Source: Basidiobolus ranarum
Taxonomy: Eukaryota
Assembly (NCBI GenBank): GCA_040143965.1
Contig: JASJQH010000004.1
Location: 1 to 64,000, forward strand
DNA: 64,000 nucleotides
Reading direction: 5' to 3'
Shown: one piece after another, positions 38,344 to 50,477 of the stretch
Position numbering within the stretch: position 1 is the stretch's first letter
Layout of the letters: every line of letters starts with the position of its first letter
Notes under the pieces: generated by a model
Database searches by the model: none
Seen by the model: the letters and a program-made list of their open reading frames with translations, nothing else
What the model was told of the DNA's origin: nothing
Made by a program: the position numbers and the translations under genes

Positions 38344-38933
38344 TTCAATTAGAATGATTCTGGACATTCTCCACATCTCCCTTTATATGTGCTTCGAACT
38401 TGACTGGATGGGAAATGGTCGTATGTATAGAAGGTCAGTCATATGCCAGTAATTTCTCGATATGGCATAGACATTTAGCTTATATTGGTAAGATATGCGC
38501 TGATGACACTTGTTTACGAGGCTAGCATCAAGAGTCAAGTATTAAGTTACAAGTATGAAATCATGTTGTGCTTGCAATTAAGGCTGTATATGGATATATT
38601 AGAAAGAGTGGGTAAGGAGCGGGTAACGGTCAGCTATCATGACTAACGGTATCTATCAGCGTCATCTTGCGCATATCGCAACAAATGTATCTTAGTTGTG
38701 ATGGAGATCTTATGCAGGGGTGTTTCTGTTGTTCTTTTAATCAGTATGCAGAGGATATCTTTGGTTAGAATCGTACTTAAGAATCGACCCAGGATAACTT
38801 TTGATTATCTTAATTAAAAGCCGTTTCGAGCTGCATTCAAAGAAAATCTGCCCAAATAAATCTCGAGTTCAAAACAAACAAACATATCAGTAGATGCTAG
38901 GTACAGGTCACATTTTAGTCTTGTACGCTTGCA

Positions 38934-41900
38934 ATGGATTTTGACGGCTGGGTTGGCTCGCCTTCAGCGAAATTGCGCATTCCGCCACACGTAGTATTTC
39001 TTATAGATTTATCTTTCCTCAAGCATCCTTTTCACAACCCATCCACACCAGAGGTGGCATTCAATCGCCTGGTGATTATTTTGGAGAAAGTATTAGTGTA
39101 CTTCCATCAATATGTTGATTCTAGGTTTAGGTGGGGAGTGCAGTGTTTTGATGCTTTGGACAGCCCGGATATATCTGTTATTTCCCGAGGACGTTTTCAC
39201 GAACTCAACGGACTCAATTTTAAAAGCGTTCTGGAGCAGCTTCAGGTTGAATTCAACAAGATTGTGAATGCAAAAGAATTAAAGAGAAGTAAGCCTATCT
39301 TGGAGAACATTTCTGTCAGGCTTGCACAGGTTCTTTCCGATTTTGCCTGGCACGAAAATCCTTTATTAAATGTACCTAGACTTGAGCCTGAGCGAAGAGA
39401 AAATGAGCCTATACCAGTTAAGAACTATTTGTATGTGTTGTCTTTGCTTCCACAAGATTATTTGGAAATGCTATGTTGGCTAGACGGGAAAATGTTTGAC
39501 ACTTGGAACGATCAAATAAGATATTATATTACTGGACGTAAACCAGACTTCGATACTCTCTCAAACCGTATACAGAGCCATCTTATAACCCGTGGACTAT
39601 GCGAAGGATATTCGAAGTCAGGGATTTCGTTGAACTGGATCAACATACGGAATCTTGTCTCTTCAGTAATATTCAGTATTTCTTCTAAACCCACTTTCGT
39701 TCTCTAAATATTATTTGTTTTTTGTCAGGATACTGAATTAGATGTATTCGGCGATCTGGTAAAGACTTACCTAGGAAATGCCTTGGAGGCTTTTGGGGGC
39801 GCCATTATCCCACTAGAACCATTTCTCACAACATCTACACATGTGCCCTTCTCAGCATTATTCAAGCATTATCGTAAAAAGTTCATTGATCCTGCTATTG
39901 GACCAAGGTTGTTAGAGTCTAATTGCCTTGTAGCAAAACTGAGACACATCGACAGTTCGCACTCCATTACACTGGCCTCTTCAACAGGTATTTTCTATCT
40001 CTCTCGGATTTTTGAACGTAGATTGACGTTCTTTACTTAGGCTGTCAATGCTCGCTGATAATTACAACATTAAATAAGTAAGTCCGACATATTGTATGGT
40101 GGTTGGTTATATATACCTAATAGGCTGCGATCATAGCGATGCACAAACTCTCAAATTCAAGTCTCCCACTAACTTGGAAGCTGTTCAAAGAAAACTCACA
40201 TTCAAAACTGGGGAGATTCTGTACAAATTTCGATCGCACGGTTTACCTTTCGATTGGATCTTGCGCTCGATTGATCAGAAGTTTCTTTGTCATCCAAATC
40301 ATGCTACTCTCGAAGAAACAGCTAATCTCACTGAACTATTACAGTCCTTGTTGAAACATCAACAGGCTCTCATCCTAAAACTTGAGTTGCTAGTCGATCT
40401 ATCGAGCGAAACAACCATGGAGGCTAGCGAAACTTCTACAGAAACGAGATATGGGATTTTGGAGGCGGTTAGTGAAACTTCGGGAATTCTTACGTTACTC
40501 AAGCCTGGTGTTGAGGAACAACATATGATTGCTCTTGGACATCCTATGTTAAAGGTAGTTGATATATTTACCTCTGAAAGCATACTAGCATGGTATCCAT
40601 ACCTTTATTTTCTTCTAGGGAGATGTGGAACGGAAACAAGAAAATCGAGAAACATTCGGTGAGTAGATTTCTTACGATTCGTGAGAGTAAACGATATTCA
40701 TTAAAACTATCTCATTCCTAGTGACTTCATTTTCCCCTTTCTACTTGGAGAATTGGTGGACAGATACTAAACTAAGGGATATAATTGATGATGCGGACGA
40801 CGAACAGGGAAACATTTCTGTTGATTGCGAAGCTCCCATCATACCAGAGACTCAAGTTCGAGAGATTAGGTTTGTCTTGATTCTATTTGGTTTAATACTC
40901 GTTTGTAGTGCTTTGTTCATATTCTGCATACTTCTAGCCCGATTCCTAAGCCTGTTATATCCGAGTCAAAGGATGAAGATAAAGAAAATGTACCTCCTAC
41001 AAATGGCAACGGTAATGGCGACCAAAGCTACGCTGAAGATGTTCGAGGATACATCCAAAATGACTACTTTAATGCACTTTACGATAACAAGGTTTCTCTT
41101 GCTTACAAGAACCACAGCTCACTGCCTATCCTTACTGTTTATACCATTTTAGGTTCAACTGTACGAATTTGTGGAGGCAGCGATGAAAAATCACTTGCTT
41201 GTTGAACCATCCCGAATGTTTGTAAGTATGGACTTTATTCATTAGAGAAAATCGACATTTGGACTAACTTCTCACAGGAATACCTGGAATTTCTCTGTTC
41301 AGACCTGATATTAGACCTGGGAACCCTGGAGGAAAAGTACAAATCTAATATCCCATGTCTGATTAACAACCCAGAATCCTCGGAACCTACACTACTATCG
41401 GACAATGAGCTGAACTATTTTAAAGCCTGGGCGAGGAATAAAAATGAGCCCGATTTCAAGCACAACCATATCCACGAACTGAAGATAAGAGAGTAAGCTT
41501 GTAGATGGAGCAGTTTTCCACGAGTGTCAATTCAAACCATTCCCCTATTTTAGGATTTATCTTCAAATCATCCTATTGTTGGAATTCATGAGAATTAGAA
41601 GAGCATTCAAAGACCACGTAAAAGCATCCCATTCGATCCCCATGAACGTAGACGAAACTAGAATCCTTTCCAAGAGTGAAGTCTTGCGTAGATTGGACAC
41701 CTTCTGGGACCGACTGTTTATCTGGATTTCCATAGGTTCTGGTGGTTTGTTCTCTGTGGAAGAGAAAGAGGATCCTGGGTATGATGCCATGCGAAGATTC
41801 TACAACCACGTGTGCTACAAGTAGTATCCTTTAAACAACAGATTTGTTTTAGAACCTTTTGTACCAAAAGTACTCCTTGACATATGTAACCAGCTATCGA

Positions 41901-42626
41901 TCTAGTATTCCGGAAATCATAAAGGTTATTGTGAAGAAGATCAAATCAGATATGATGCCATCCACGCCTACCTTACCGAAGCCCGAGCCGAAGTTACGGA
42001 GAAGAACTAGAGTAATGAAGGATAAGATTCCAACTGAAAGTCCCAGCCCCCGCAAGGGGAATCGACGAACTATCATGGAGATCAATAGCAAAAGAAACGA
42101 GATCATTTTCAACAACCCACTGTTCAAGAACAGAGAGGTTGCAATTCAAAATCAGATAAAATATGATGAGAACAAGGCTCCAGAAAATGGACAATCGTCG
42201 AAACGTGAGGACAAACAATTACTTGCGATCGATCTCTTGAGCTACTTCTAATATTCAACTAAACTAGGAAAACGTAAACCATTTTCTCCTGATAACTTGA
42301 TCAATGCAAAGACAGCCAGACGTACTATGAAGGTAGGTGCATCATTTGGTGCGAATTCCACGACTATTTACTAATCAATCCATATCATTGCATGTCTTTA
42401 GTCGCCACTTTTGGAATACTCCCAATATAGCACATCTATCGACTCTCCGATTAGCACTCCGGATCAACATTTACGGCAACTAGACAGGTCTAAGCTTATC
42501 GTTGCACAATCACCAGAGAGTAGCCCGCTCCCCATCGAGTCGGAAGACGTTAATTTTATACCGCGAACTCCAGAACGTGTTGTTTCTGATAACGAGGACA
42601 TTTTCGTTGCTGAGTCGCCTACCTAA
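38934..42626 (+). CDS. SLD3: Treslin/Sld3-family replication origin-firing factor (multi-exon)
   Basis: Sld3 core across exons: HELKIRE/IYLQIILLLE, LDTFWDRLFIW, RRFYNHV...IPE. C-terminal CDK sites IPRTP and VAESP. The N-terminus resembles the Treslin N domain (VVFLID...FRWGVQCFD...FHEL...LSDFAW...NYLYVLSLLP). Confidence 0.75.
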
Positions 42627-43386
42627 ATGAAAGCAAGTGCAAGCCTTACACATTTCTTCAACTTTTCGCTTGAACCTTCGAAACTGTACCATTTATGCAT
42701 TTTACTATGTTCTGCTGACCAATGTTGGTTGTTATTATTTACTCCTACCGTCGTCCCTCTATCTCATCTCCTCATAGAAAAGCTTTATTTCTTCATGTAA
42801 TTCAAATTTGATATTTCTTTGCTCCTGCCATCAACTTCCCCACAGTCCACCCGTATTGATAAGGAACCCAAAGTAAACTGCAAAATAATCCTTATTTCTG
42901 GAATATTTATATGGTTGCCCCATGGCATACTCTACTGGTGTATTCTGATCGAAATCATTCTAGAAGATTCATCATTGATTGAATCCGCCATCCATCAAGA
43001 TTTGATTTAATCTGATTTAATTGATATGGATTTGGATTCAAGAGGAAACCATATATGGTTGATGACCGACTGTGGGAAAAAGTTGTTTAATGGAACAAAA
43101 TCAGTTAGCTCTAGGTGGATTCAGTGGATTCCACCTTCGATTCATGTTTAGTTTCTGGTTTGATTTGCGTGTGAAACGGAGAAAGAGTGGAAGGAGTAGA
43201 GAGAGAAAATGCAAGTCAGATATACAATTTATCCGTCTCGCAAAACTAACCAGGGCTATTTCCCATAGGTATTTAGGTGACGTTGGTTGGTAAAAGAACG
43301 GAACGAGCGGGCAAATTCAAATATATTAATCCAAGCCCCCGCTAGCAAAGAGTGACTTTCTCCTATTCTTCCTCAAGTTTGAAAAC

Positions 43387-44333
43387 ATGTCCTCCCTACG
43401 AGTATTAGTTGGTTGCAAGCGTGTAATCGATTATGCAGTGAAAATCCGGGTTAATTCCTCCAAGACTGCCGTTGAGACAGCTGGGGTTAAGCATTCTATG
43501 AACCCCTTTGATGAAATAGCCGTTGAGGAAGCGGTGCGCATGAAAGAAAAGTTAGGCAAGAGGATTTCTGAAGTAGTGGCAGTCTCCTGTGGTACCTCGA
43601 AATGTCAAGAAACTCTTCGTACCGCTTTAGCTATGGGTGCTGATAGAGCTATTCACGTGGATGTGAAAGATGAAGCCAATCTGGAGCCACTGGCTGTTGC
43701 CAAAATGCTCAAGGCGATTGTTGAGAAAGAAAAGATCGATGTAGTAATTGTAGGCAAACAAGCAATTGATAATGATTCAAACCAAACAGGTCAAATGTTA
43801 GCTGGTCTGTTGGATTGGCCTCAGGTGAGTGGGAGATATAAGATATCCTTACAACTATACTGATTCTTTTCGCTATGTAGGCTACATTTGTTTCCAAGGT
43901 GGAAATCAAAGATGATAATAATATTGTGGTAGATAGAGAGATTGATGGTGGTTTGGAGACCATCGGCTTCAAGGCACCAGCGGTTATATCTACCGATTTG
44001 AGGTATATTCATAAAGAACCTCTTATCACGTAAATTCTACTAAGCACCCGAACATAGATTGAACGAACCGCGTTATGCTTCTCTCCCAAACATCATGGTA
44101 ATATCTCTACTATGCTAACGATTTTGTTCGCTTATATTCGCTAATCCGACTCAATATAGAAAGCGAAAAAGAAACCATTAGTCAAGACCACTCCGGAAGA
44201 ACTTTCGGTAGACATTAAACCACGCCTACAAATTCTTGAAATCACCGAGCCAGCCAAGCGTTCCGGTGGCAAGATTGTGGAAAGTGTAGATGAACTTTTG
44301 AATAAACTGAAGAATGACGCTGGTGTATTGTAA
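43387..44333 (+). CDS. ETFB: Electron transfer flavoprotein beta subunit (four exons)
   Basis: [69 protein letters not shown]; stop at 44331-44333. Confidence 0.96.
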
Positions 44334-45112
44334 ATTAGGACATTATCCGCGTACGCTTGAAGTATCTTTCCGTTCATCCAGTTTCCTCAGTTCATATCCT
44401 TTTGAGCACTTGCATCCATTTACAGTAAAAACATAAAGCAATTGAACCATCGGTTGACATTACAAACACAATGAGACTTTATTTAATACTTCTCTATATG
44501 TAACAGTCCCTATCCACCATGCAACACAACGCTGCCCACGATACTGCCTTCAATAAAAAAGAAGTATTATTAGTGGGGAAATGTCTGGAACAAAGAGATT
44601 AATTACTGATTTGCTAGTAACAATGCTCACCAAATGTATTCGTCATACATTGCCTTGTTAATCAAAGTTAACAGAGATCTCTTTGAATGCGTCAACGTCA
44701 GCAATGCATATATGTATCAATTTAAGTAAATGAACGGCGTTGGGATATTTTGTTTACCTTTCATCGCTTTGTATTCTCCCAACTTTTGCTTTAAACAAGG
44801 GTATGATATATATTAGTGAAACATCACATCTACCTTATTCCTCGTTGTTTAATATCCCAATTTGAATTCTTTTATCACAGTGGACGAATCCTATTCTATT
44901 TTCAGCGTAGCCCAATTTGGCCAGTCCATTATAGCTAACCTAAGCGATATTTCAACCAACCAGCTCCCGCCAGTTTGAACCAACCCTCGTACCCACTTTC
45001 CCTCCCCCTAATATTAGTGTGGTGTATCTTTGCTTCTTGTCCTTTAGAACCTGTTCAGCTTATTTCTCTTACCGCTGATTTTCTTTTATTTCTTTCTCTG
45101 TAATAAAGAACA

Positions 45113-46136
45113 ATGTCCGAGTCTTTTGATAACGAAGAGTTGGTTCCTACCACTACCGTTGGCTACAAGCCTGGTGAGAAGAAGACCATCGAAGAACTAA
45201 CTGCCCTTGATGCCGAAGATGAATCTCTTCGCAAATGGAAGGAAAATCTTGGTCTAGGCAAAGCTGCTGGTATTCATCTCACTCTTAGCTTTACGGTTGT
45301 TTATGTGTATATATCTCTAACTGACCCTTCATAAATACATAGTTAGCGCTTCAGATGACCCAAGAAAGGTAAATAGGTGTTGTTTGATCCCTTCATCAGA
45401 TTGCATCGGATTGACTTGTTTGTTAGGTTGTCGTTTTACAACTCGCCTTAGAGGTTCAAGGTAGACCTGATGTTGTACTGGACTTGTCCACGCCTGGTAA
45501 TTGTTCATACGTTGCGTTCCTGTAGAAGGCTTGTTCTAACATATTTATGCAGAGGCTATCACCAAGGCAAAGAATGACGTCATCACCATCAAAGAAGGTA
45601 TCGAGTACAGATTGAAAGTGAAGTTCCGGTATGTTTATTGCTTGTTTTCTGTAAGAGTTTAATTTGCTAAGTGCCTTGTTAGTATTCAACACGAAGTCAT
45701 CTCTGGCCTCAAGTTTCTCCAAGTCGTAAAAAGAAAGGGTATTCCTGGTAAGAGTTCAATGAATATTCGCTGTAGAGAAACCTTTAAACTAATCGGCTCA
45801 TGCCAGTTGATAAAACTGAGGAGATGATTGGAAGTTATGGTCCTTCCGCCGAAGTCTACGAAAAGAAAGTCAGTAGCACTCTCCATTCGCATACTTATTG
45901 GGTCTGCACCCATGCTAACCGACGTTTGATTTCATGTAGTTCTTGACTGAGCAAGCACCCAGTGGCCTTCTTACTAGAGGACGTTATAACGCCAAGGTAA
46001 AGAGCGTATTGCAGTGTTTTTGTTGAAGTCACGCTGTGCTAATAGAAGTTTTTAGAGCAAATTCATCGACGATGACAAGTTCAGCCACATGGAATGGTCA
46101 TGGTCATTTGATATCAAGAAGGATTGGGACAACTAA
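45113..46136 (+). CDS. RDI1: Rho GDP-dissociation inhibitor (about eight short exons)
   Basis: GYKPGEKKTIEEL...DAEDESLRKWKE, TIKEGIEY, EEMIGSYGP, APSGLLTRGRY, WSFDIKKDW. Confidence 0.95.
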
Positions 46137-46846
46137 GCTCCGCCTAAATAATGTATTTACCAATTGACCTATATTGAGGATAATAACGACTATCCCATCA
46201 TACAATACCCGAATTTCTAATTTCTCTACAGCTTCTTTATGTCAAGATTCAATTACCATTTCTCAATAAAGTCGTAGTTGAATTTAATGTGCCATTTAAC
46301 CCCAAGATTGACAGTTTCAAAGCAGAATCCAGCATAAGGTTTCCTAAAATCTGCCCAGGATTTTGATCAATTTCTGCTGGCCCTATTGGCTAATCTGGTC
46401 CCACTCCTACATAATGACGGATACTTCAGCAATCATGTCACGAATCAGAAGTGATCTGGAGGCATTATGGGGGAGGGGTAAGGGGTGAGAGTGAAGAGCA
46501 TTCGACAGATGAGATTTTAGTACAGTTTAGGAAGCATCAAGATTATTTATGTGTTTATAATAGGTGAATGCCAAATCTATCTATTATTTCAGGCTATGAA
46601 ATTCCCTAAGAATCGTTGACCTGAATTACTGTAGGCCAAGTGACTGACACTAAAAAGACTTACTGGCTGTTTTCTCTCTCTCTCTTCCCCTTCTCTATCC
46701 CTTTGATTCTTACCTTTGTTGAAGTTTGATAGTCTTTCAAGTGGTATCCCACTCTTTCTATCTCTCTATTGAAGAAAGTTAATAACAGTCGGAGATTTGT
46801 GTCTTTCCATACTTTTTTTACTTCAACTTTACTCAGGCCTATAACT

Positions 46847-48457
46847 ATGGAGCAACCCATTCTACCAACACCTACTGGTTTTGCGGAGATAATCCAAGAC
46901 CTACACGAAAAAGTGGTTCAAGCACAACCAAAAGACCTCTATCAATTCTGTGCCGAATATTTTCAGGAAAAACTTCGACAACAGCGAGAGGATTTGTTAA
47001 ACCTTGGTAAGTTCAGTCGAAGCTATATACTTTTCCACTTTCCAACTACTTCTCCTTTATCCTACACAAAAATTCCCTATACTTTTGCTAATATATTTTT
47101 GGATGTATTTCTCCTTTTCTTTGTATTATCGAAACTATGTTATAACTCCTAATTTTTATTTTACCCTTTTCTAGCTGCTCATACTAGCTCTGGGAATTCC
47201 TACATTCGAGATATTTACACTCAGAACTCATCAAACCATTTAACTCCAAATAACATCCGTCCCAATGGAATAAACCATAGTCCAGTTGTGTACGAAGATA
47301 GTGATGAGGAAGATGAAGTATACCTCTCTGGTCAAGAGGAAATATTAGAAGAAGGTTTAGAAGAAAATAGTAGGACTTTGGAAATGCAGCCACAAGAATC
47401 GGAAGAAACAATGGCAGATGATGAAGAAGAAGAAGTCGATGATTTAACGGCTGATTCGGAAGATGACGAGGATATCATTATTTGTGACGATCCACCTATG
47501 CCAGTGGCCTACAATCGTGGTCGTCGTACTAGCGTTAGTGCTGAATCCATGACTCCCACTAATGACGGGACTTATGAGAAAATCAATATTCCGAAAGCAA
47601 TGGAACAACGTCAAAGGATCGAAGTTTCACTGGCCAATAATTTCTTGTACAAAAATCTGGACGAAGAGCAATATCGCGATGTAATCGATGCCATGTCAGA
47701 AAAGAAAGTAAGTAATAAAGAGTCGATCATAAAACAAGGGGATGTTGGGGATTATTTCTATGTAGTAGAAACCGGTACTTTCGATGTATTCGTTACTAAG
47801 AATCATGAAGAACCCATGAAGGTGGCTGAATACGGACCCGGTGGTAGTTTTGGCGAATTAGCTTTGATGTATAATGCTCCACGTGCTGCAACAGTTACCG
47901 CTACTTCCGATGCAGTTTTATGGGCATTAGATCGAGTTACTTTCCGTCGCATTTTGATGGAGCGTACCAATACCAAAAGAAGGATGTACGAAGCTTTTCT
48001 AGAGGAGGTGCCACTGCTCGTTTCACTAGAGCATTACGAACGCCACAAGATAGCGGACGCACTCGAGTCCATGGTCTTTAGCGATGGAGACATAGTTATC
48101 CGTCAGGGCGATGTTGGGGATAGCTTCTACATCATTGAATCCGGTGAAGCCAGAGTCACGGTCGTTGACGATGATGGCGTTGAGCATGAGCTTCCTGGAT
48201 TGAAAAAAGGGTACTATTTCGGAGGTACGGTTGTTCACATCCCTCCTCATTAGAACCCATTAACTAATTGCTTTATCATCACTCTAGAGCTAGCACTTTT
48301 AAATGATAGGCCTCGTGCCGCAACCATTTCCGCTAAAGGACGCTTGAAGGTCGCTACGTTGGGTAAGAAAGCTTTTGTTCGACTGCTTGGACCTGTGGTA
48401 GATATTATTAGACGGAACACAGCGAACTACAAGGTGGTATCTCATCATGTTGAGTAA
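46847..48457 (+). CDS. BCY1: cAMP-dependent protein kinase regulatory subunit (three exons)
   Basis: D/D domain (QPKDLYQFCAEYF), acidic linker, RRTSVSAES inhibitory site, and two cNMP-binding cassettes (FGELALMYNAPRAATV; FGELALLNDRPRAATI). Confidence 0.96.
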
Positions 48458-48925
48458 ATTCAATACCGCAAATATAGATATCAATAATAAGTATAATGAA
48501 TATTCGATTTACTTCTCAACGTACACGTTCTTTTCCCTCCAGCCAACAGAAAAGAACGACCCAATTTATCAAAGTGGCAACTGTCTACCTCTTTAATGGT
48601 GCTTTATATTATTTTGTTAGTCAAGTATGTTATGTGACTTTTTTCACTTGTCTTTGTTCCCTACGAAGAACCCCATCTACAACCACAAAATATAAAACAT
48701 CTTACAAAATGGCTTGGCTTTCCTGTTGCTTGGGTAACATAAATACGTTTGTGAAATCGGTTTATTCAGACCACAACATTAGTGAATCGCGTAAGAACGA
48801 GCAAGCTTCTATGAGAAGAAAAGAGAATCCAATCACGATAAGATGCGAGTAAACAAATTGATTTTAGTGTAAAAGGAAGATTGGGAGTGAGTGTATAAAC
48901 CAAACAAGAAGGAAAATGGTGGGCA

Positions 48926-48958
48926 ATTGAATTGAATTGAGTTGAATTGAAATGATTG
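48926..48958. repeat. Imperfect (TTGAA)n microsatellite in the MRP51 3' region
   Basis: attgaattgaattgagttgaattgaaatgattg. Confidence 0.6.
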
Positions 48959-48972
48959 TTTACTGCGATGAA

Positions 48973-49962
48973 TTAATTACTCTTCTTTTTGGATGCGATA
49001 GAAGAGAAGACACTGAGTAAATTTTCAGCGATTTTATCTTCTTCCGATTTCTTTTTAGCTCCCTTAGGAGTATTGGTTGAAGCTGCGAAGGAAGGGAATT
49101 GAATTCTCTCTGGTTGTTGAGAGGCTTTTCTTTCGACGGAAGTTTCACTTGGTTTAGATTTAATCATACTACGTACTTTGGCGAGAAGCTGGTCGGTTGA
49201 AAGACTTTCCTTTTTATCTCCGGCGAATAAGTTGGGCATTTTACGGTAATTCAATCCGGTGGAGGCGGTCTCGGGTTGAGTGACTGATAAGACAACATCT
49301 GGTTTACCCTGACCATCGTATTCCGCCTTAACCACATAGAAAGTCTTCAGGTCACGTGGGTTGGAGCCGATAGACTGTGGTGCTAATCTTGAAGGAAGGA
49401 AGGCAACAATACCGGCAACACCAACGGCGTAACCACCAGTAATACGGTTAAGGATACGTCCCTCTACCTTGACAACGGAGGTATTATTCAAATGGTAGGA
49501 AGGATAAACTGGTTGAGAACCAGAAGAGCGAGAGCTAACTGCGTTCATAAATCTCAAAAATTCGTCTTCTCTATATTTTTTACTTTCTACAGCTTCTCTC
49601 CACTCTTGTTTACGTCCAGCAGCCTTTCTCAAGAAACCAGCCCATTGACGTTCAGATAGTCTAGTAACATTGATAGGGACGTTCATAGGAAGGGTCTCCG
49701 GTGGTTTAGAAGTGGGGAAGTTCTCCTTGAAACGTTTCAAAGTAAGGATATCTCCTTGAGCACTAACAAGAGGTGTTTGATGTTCAAGAGTATCAAGGGC
49801 TTGTACGTCAATGTACTTTGTTCTAAGAGTTACTGGTAAGTTTCTCTTCAAACCCCAATCACCAATATCACGGAAACTACCGAAAGTAGTGTATACTTGG
49901 TTAATCTTCGAGTCATAACTTGCAAGTTTCGAAGTACGAAATTGTCTAGCGAAGGAAGACAT
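48973..49962 (-). CDS. MRP51: Mitochondrial ribosomal protein Mrp51 (bS1m)
   Basis: FRTSKLAS...GDWGLKRNLP...LDTLEHQT typical of Mrp51, plus an S1-like segment VEGRILNRITGGYAVGVAGIVAFLP. Confidence 0.8.
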   Translation of the reverse strand: MSSFARQFRTSKLASYDSKINQVYTTFGSFRDIGDWGLKRNLPVTLRTKYIDVQALDTLEHQTPLVSAQGDILTLKRFKENFPTSKPPETLPMNVPINVTRLSERQWAGFLRKAAGRKQEWREAVESKKYREDEFLRFMNAVSSRSSGSQPVYPSYHLNNTSVVKVEGRILNRITGGYAVGVAGIVAFLPSRLAPQSIGSNPRDLKTFYVVKAEYDGQGKPDVVLSVTQPETASTGLNYRKMPNLFAGDKKESLSTDQLLAKVRSMIKSKPSETSVERKASQQPERIQFPSFAASTNTPKGAKKKSEEDKIAENLLSVFSSIASKKKSN

Positions 49963-50477
49963 TTTTTCTTAAAGAAGGGGAAAGGGAGGGAAAGAGTACC
50001 TTCTATATAATTGTATTGGTTTACTTGAAAAGTACAAAGAGTAAATATCTTTACTCTCTTCAAGTAGACTGTCGATCGAATCTTTCTACTTTTTACCAAA
50101 TCTCACTGGTTTATGGAAAATTTTCACCCCCATACATATCCACAATTTTAATCATTTATCACTCTCACTCTCCCCCTCTCTCCCGTGATAGATGATTACC
50201 CCTCATTCACCCCAATTATCAACAGTTGCATAAACTACTAATTTGGTAGGAATAACAAGCGCGTTATTTAGGCATGTGAAGCATGAATAAGATTGAGAAT
50301 AATCAATTTATACACTTTTATAGAAAATATGAGTGCTAGAATACATAGTATTGTACAGATGGTGACATTGGCTGTTAGTAAGGTTGGGGGAGGGTGATGG
50401 TTGTAAGCATTGAAACAAATAAGACAAAACTAACGAGTGGAGTGATGCGATGATATATGCATTATAGAATGGTGGGT

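Noticed and set aside
42819-43293. Short ORFs between SLD3 and ETFB
   Set aside because: Non-ATG starts and no motifs; likely UTR or promoter.
48496-48852. 118-aa ORF downstream of PKA-R
   Set aside because: Lies in convergent 3' UTR space and has no recognisable features.
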